Shown here: in pieces, positions 59,140 through 64,000 of the stretch
How positions within the stretch are numbered: the stretch's first letter is position 1
Layout of the letters: each line of letters begins with the position of its first letter
From: Psammoneis japonica
Lineage: Eukaryota
Assembly: GCA_008632985.1 (NCBI GenBank)
Contig: QPGO01000064.1
Coordinates: 310,001 to 374,000, forward strand
DNA length: 64,000 nt
Reading direction: 5' to 3'
Notes under the pieces: model-generated
What the model saw: only the letters and a program-made list of their open reading frames with translations
Databases searched by the model: none
Told to the model about the DNA's origin: nothing
Position numbers and translations under genes: made by a program

Positions 59140-60168
59140 ATGGATGACGCCGTTGCTTCATCTTCTCCTTCTCCCGAGAGAAGCGAGAGCAGTGATGGAA
59201 GTACCGGTAGCTCCAAAGAAAACGGCAGTCCCACGAAAATGCAAGTGAATCAAGACGATTCTCCCACCCAATCGCCTTTATCACCGAGGACAACATCGTT
59301 CATAATGGCTTCAGCTCTTGCAGAACGACGTGCCAAGCGAGAATCCGAACGAACCCTCCAGAAACTTCTGAAAGAGGCTCAATCGAGATTTGATAAGCTA
59401 AATATCGTAAACGAGCAAGTTACGACGGAGAATCGCGAGCTGCAAGCGAAGCTGAATGTTCAACTCGACGGTATAAGTGATGAAAAGGGTGGACAAGTAC
59501 ACGAGGAACGCGAAACCCCGAAAGAGGCAAAAAATTCAGCGGCTTCGGTGGAGGATGAGCCAGAAGAAGTCAGTACGAACGATCCTACTACCAAGAAGGC
59601 GGCACACGATATGAAAAGCGCCGAGAAAGAGGAGGAGATGGAACTCCCTGCGAAAGAGCATGGGGAAATTACTGAAAGTGAAGATGACGATGAAGAAATG
59701 ACTGTCGTCAAATCAGAATTGCGCAAGGCTCGTGACATCTTTCCAAATCTTTATGAAGAGTATAATCGAATGAAAGCTGACTTAGAACACACATGGGAGC
59801 AGAATCATTTAAGTTCAAGCCGCGTGGGGCAACTAGAAGCTGAGCTGGAAAGTGCTAAACACGAGTTGGACCACGCCAAAAACGTGGAATTGACTCTGAA
59901 GAAGTCGCTACGCGAAGCCCTGGGTTTGCTGCAGCCTCTCCAGGCACATTTGGAAACGTCCGAGCGTGAAAAGGTATTGTTGGAGAGAAAGGTTCGAAAG
60001 TATAAAGGAAAATGGAACGCCCATAAGCATCGTCGTTTTAGTTGCGGTACGGCGGGAAGCAACGCGGACGATACCGCCTCTGTGGACACCGAAATGTTGA
60101 CCGGTGCAAGTATCCATTCGTCCAACGACATACTCGAAACTCCTCCGGGTCGACGTGCAGAATGCTGA
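59140..60168 (+). CDS. Hypothetical coiled-coil protein
   Basis: 342-aa ORF with E/K/L-rich heptad segments. Confidence 0.7.
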   Translation: MDDAVASSSPSPERSESSDGSTGSSKENGSPTKMQVNQDDSPTQSPLSPRTTSFIMASALAERRAKRESERTLQKLLKEAQSRFDKLNIVNEQVTTENRELQAKLNVQLDGISDEKGGQVHEERETPKEAKNSAASVEDEPEEVSTNDPTTKKAAHDMKSAEKEEEMELPAKEHGEITESEDDDEEMTVVKSELRKARDIFPNLYEEYNRMKADLEHTWEQNHLSSSRVGQLEAELESAKHELDHAKNVELTLKKSLREALGLLQPLQAHLETSEREKVLLERKVRKYKGKWNAHKHRRFSCGTAGSNADDTASVDTEMLTGASIHSSNDILETPPGRRAEC

Positions 60169-60749
60169 AATAAGCTTTAAACTATAACCATGCACACTCG
60201 CTAGAATTAATGAATGATCTAGGTTGAACAAGTAGAGGGGGAACTTCAAATCGAGAATTCTCTTTCCCTTTGAGTTAATATTATAGTAATACTTGTATTT
60301 CCCACTGGGACCTACTTCTTATCGAGAGGTTTATGGTACCGCATTGTTGCGGTACTTTGTATTTTTCCCAATCAAGCTTAGACCTACGACCAGACGTTGC
60401 GAAACCGTATCATCTCTTGAAAGGACAAAAAGACCAGAATCCATTGGCATTCCAGTGCTCATATATTACTTGACAAATGGATAAACCATATTTTGATCAG
60501 AATGAAGGACTCACCTATCTATCGTAGTCGAAGAAAGCAACTTACAAATGATAAACCATAGCGGTCAAGGAGAAAGTTCATGTAGATTTGTTTTATTCGT
60601 AAACAACTATTGTATGCAGATCAATTTTGTGGTGGCTCTGATGTCTTGGGGGTTCTCCTCGGAAGTGCGCCATTCTGAACTGAATGAGTTTGCTGTTGTT
60701 GCATTTCAAGAGGAGAGTTACGGGAAACATGGTAGAAAAGTACGCAGAT

Positions 60750-61661
60750 CTAGTTTGTCTTGGTAGGCGCTGCCTGCGTCATTCTCCTGATAAGCTCGGT
60801 TTGCCTCTGGATGAGCTTGGTAACCTTGCGGCTCAAGAGCAGGTCCTCGTTGGGTTGGCGGATGAACAACTCTCGGAACTTGTTGTTCGAGTAAGAACCA
60901 ATTCCGAAAGCTGGCAGAATACGGAGACCACGCGCAAAGGACACCTTTCCAAATTCTTCCTTGACGGCCTGGAACCGCTGTCCGGTGGTAGCTTCAGGAC
61001 GGTTGTAGTAGTCCATGGCATGAATGTGGATAGGAGCTGTAAGGATTTGAGTAATCACAGGGATCACAAGAGCTGTAGACACCTCGGCGACATGACGGTT
61101 CACTTCCTGCTCCTTGATGAGATACTTGGAGGCCTTGGGAGCGAGGTAGAAAGTAGCAATCATCGTGGCGCAATCACGTGCGGCAAACATACTGATGGTG
61201 CGGAGAGGAGTGCTCTTGGGCTTTGTGTTACCTCCACTGAACTCGCGAGCAAAGATGGAGTCTCTCCACGCCAAAAGACCAATGTTGGCAACAGATGCGT
61301 TTCCGACCTTGATCTGCTTCCTCTTCTCTTCTTCGCGCACCTTGTAAGCGTCGAGAGCCAGCTCACTAAGGTTAGCAGCGGCGTAAGTACCAAAGTAAAC
61401 GATAAAAGTCAAGCGGAAAGAAAAACCTCCGAAGAAAGCCTTGGGCTGGGCAACCATCTCAGAACTGGCAGCGCCGACAGTCTTCATGAATGTTCCCACT
61501 CCGGTGATCGGCTGAACCATGGCTTTGTCCAAGATCGAGACCAGAGGACTAACGAGGAAAGAAGCCGAGAAAGCACAGCCGATTTCCTTGGGACCACGCA
61601 TCCATGGCTTCTCAAGGAATTCGTGAGCATCAGCTCTGGCGTCGGCGAGATGGTACGGCAT
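60750..61661 (-). CDS. Conserved membrane protein, mitochondrial-carrier-like
   Basis: SPLVSILDK, VYFGTYAAAN, RDCATMIATFYLAP, QILTAPIHIHAMDYYNRP and ARGLRILPAFGIG; strongly biased codon usage. Confidence 0.7.
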   Translation of the reverse strand: MPYHLADARADAHEFLEKPWMRGPKEIGCAFSASFLVSPLVSILDKAMVQPITGVGTFMKTVGAASSEMVAQPKAFFGGFSFRLTFIVYFGTYAAANLSELALDAYKVREEEKRKQIKVGNASVANIGLLAWRDSIFAREFSGGNTKPKSTPLRTISMFAARDCATMIATFYLAPKASKYLIKEQEVNRHVAEVSTALVIPVITQILTAPIHIHAMDYYNRPEATTGQRFQAVKEEFGKVSFARGLRILPAFGIGSYSNNKFRELFIRQPNEDLLLSRKVTKLIQRQTELIRRMTQAAPTKTN

Positions 61662-61929
61662 GGCGACTGGTTTTTCCTGTTCTTCCGAGCAAAATGTGAG
61701 ATGCATCGGATCAAAAGCTGGAAGAAAGAGATTGCAACGTCACCGTGCCCTCGTATAAATTCACATGTAGGATCTACGTACGATGATTTGTGTAAAAACG
61801 CAGTACAAATGCGATGACGTGTCGGATGCAACTTATGACCTCTCTTGCTTCATGGTCTTGAAACGGGAAACCGTACAGTACACTGTACATACAACAGCCA
61901 CTGCCGCAGTGTAGAGTAGAGTAGAAGGA

Positions 61930-64000
61930 TGTGGGCAACGCATGAATGGCTGCAACAAATGAGAAGGAGCGGCTGCAATTTTTCACACTAATGCTGTGTG
62001 GTGCCGGGCGTGCCCTCCTGCTTCTTCATCTGGCTGCTCAAGCAGAGACCTTTTTCCCAACAAGAGCCCACCAAATCACAACAACGCCAACACAACTCCG
62101 CTTGCTCACATTGTGCACAGCTCTTTTCAATCTCAACAACAAGACCCTGGCACAGCAGCTGTGGCAGTGTGGTGCTCAGCCACTCTGCTTTTGCACCATG
62201 ACTCTGAGCCTCTCCTCTCCTCCTGCCACACCACCACACAGTGCACTGCCACATGGCAGCTCCTTTGACGCACATTTGTGCTTGACAAGAAGTTCTGTCA
62301 ACAAGAAACAAAAGTTTTGCACATGTGGTTGGACTCTCCACAGGTGTTGCAGTTCTTCAAAAACCAACCAAGGTGGCCACTGCAACCCAAAAGCACTGAA
62401 TGATGATGTTTTGACACTGGCTCATTTTTAGCCACAAATCTGGTGCTGTCGAAGCTCTCAGTGTTGGGCTGACAGTTGATTTTTTCCAGTGGTCATGGAT
62501 TTGCAATGTTTTGTTTTGCAGCCCAGCATCTCATTCAGAGTTGATTCATTTGTTTAGAAGAGCATTGGTTTGTGGTTCTTCCCCATTGCATTTTTTTGTT
62601 TTCTGCTGCATGTTTGTCTCTTTGTTGCATCATGCACCACGAAGCTCAGCTGCCAACCCATTGTTTGCACAACAATGGCACACCCCTGTTACAATCTGCT
62701 GCACCCTCATCACATGACTGACAGCAACAAAAAAAACTCTCCTTTTGAAATGAGCTTGTCCAACCGAGCCACCCTCCGTTTGCGACAGCAGATGGCACAG
62801 TGTGCAAACTTCTTGCTGAGCTCTTGCTTTTTTCTTTGCACCCAACATCAATTTGCACTCCAGAGCCTGACTCACAATGTCAAGCAGCCCCCACAAAACA
62901 GCCATGTCATCATTCAATGTTTGTCATCATTCACACTTCCTGCTGCTGTGCATGCTTGTCAACTCACTTTTGACCTCATCATCACAGTGCAATTTGACAA
63001 ATTCTGACATCAATCCAGATCTCACAGTGTGGGTCAATCTGTGCCTCATTCAGCACCACTTTCAAGCTGCTGATTGATGATGAAGGTGCTGCAAACACTT
63101 TTGGGGTGCCAAGTCATCAGGGCCAAGTTGGCTGCAAAATTGTTTGATTTGGTGTTTTTGTTGTTTCGGGCGGACCATGCACTTGCACACTCCTGCACTC
63201 TGTTTTGGCTGTGGCAGGGAGCAGATTTCTGCAAGTGCACACCAAATCATGTCTGCTGTCTGTGCAGCTCTTCTTTGTTGCCCTGTGAATGCACGAGCTG
63301 TGTCTCTCTTGCAAAGAACCGCAGAGAGTCATTCAGAAGCCATGCTTGTTGAAGTGCTGGTGTGCCAACTTGGAGAAAAGGATGAGAGGGCTCTCTACAA
63401 AACCAAGACTCCAGGACCTGGGCCACATGAGTGGCAGTTGCAGCAAAAGCTTTGGTGACAGAAAACTCATTTGGTGTTGAAACTTCATGCAAAGTTCAGC
63501 ACAGACAGACAGATGGCAGCAGCAGCACATTTCAACAACTGCATCATCAACAAAATTGGCTGCGATTTCTCACTTGACAACTCATGGCAGGAAAGCTTGA
63601 GAGACAAGGCTGCAAGCCTCCAAAAAATGTGTGGTGTGCAATGAACAAAGCTTGGTTTCATGTTTCTGACTTGTGCCTCAGCAAAGCCTCTCTCGCAGGA
63701 TCCGTTCTTGCTTGAACTTTGGCTCATGATGAAATGGAAGAGATGGCTTGCCTGTTCATTGCGCTTGTTTCAAAAATGCCACTGCAAATTTCTCCACTTC
63801 CCTCAAGCCATTTTGCCAGTGCAAAACAAGTCCATGTCTCTGGCACTCCTGGCATGCTGCATGCTGAAGTTTTGCTCACCCACTGCCGCTCAGCAACCAA
63901 ACCTTTGAATGAGCCACTCTGTGAAGTTTGGGAAGTCAAACCCACTGCTGTTGGGCACAGCCAATTCCACTGGATCAATCTTGCAATGCTTGGCCACAGT
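61930..64000. mobile_element. Hypermutated tract E (TpA/CpG-depleted), continues beyond the window
   Basis: TA and CG both rare, TG/CA-rich, spurious Cys/His-rich ORFs. Confidence 0.6.

Noticed and set aside
60684..61817. 377-aa plus-strand ORF
   Set aside because: Antisense shadow of the codon-biased minus-strand membrane protein gene.

Overview
Eukaryotic nuclear DNA, almost certainly a pennate diatom. Evidence: short GT-AG introns, ASAFAP-like bipartite plastid presequences, an LHC-family gene, frustulin-type CxGDCD modules and a diatom-type LINE. About 20 protein genes are visible, including a plastid sigma factor, SAM methyltransferase, LHC-like protein, two metallophosphoesterase/frustulin-domain paralogs, YgfZ, a COX4-like protein, AK-HSDH, pyruvate carboxylase, DHHC palmitoyltransferase, sulfurtransferase, kinesin-14, an R-S-E ADP-ribosyltransferase and a COX23-like protein. 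Many genes carry single-base deletions in homopolymers that look like long-read assembly errors. The most striking feature is five tracts (~17 kb, about a quarter of the window) in which TpA has been almost erased and TpG/CpA is greatly enriched. In four tracts CpG is also lost. In the LINE remnant (~25.7-30.1 kb) CpG is retained, TpA is gone and Tyr codons appear replaced by Cys/His codons. This points to a repeat-targeted TpA->TpG/CpA (A:T->G:C) hypermutation that is separate from 5mC deamination and runs opposite to fungal RIP. It is a candidate undescribed genome-defence system. All counts are by eye and need computational confirmation.
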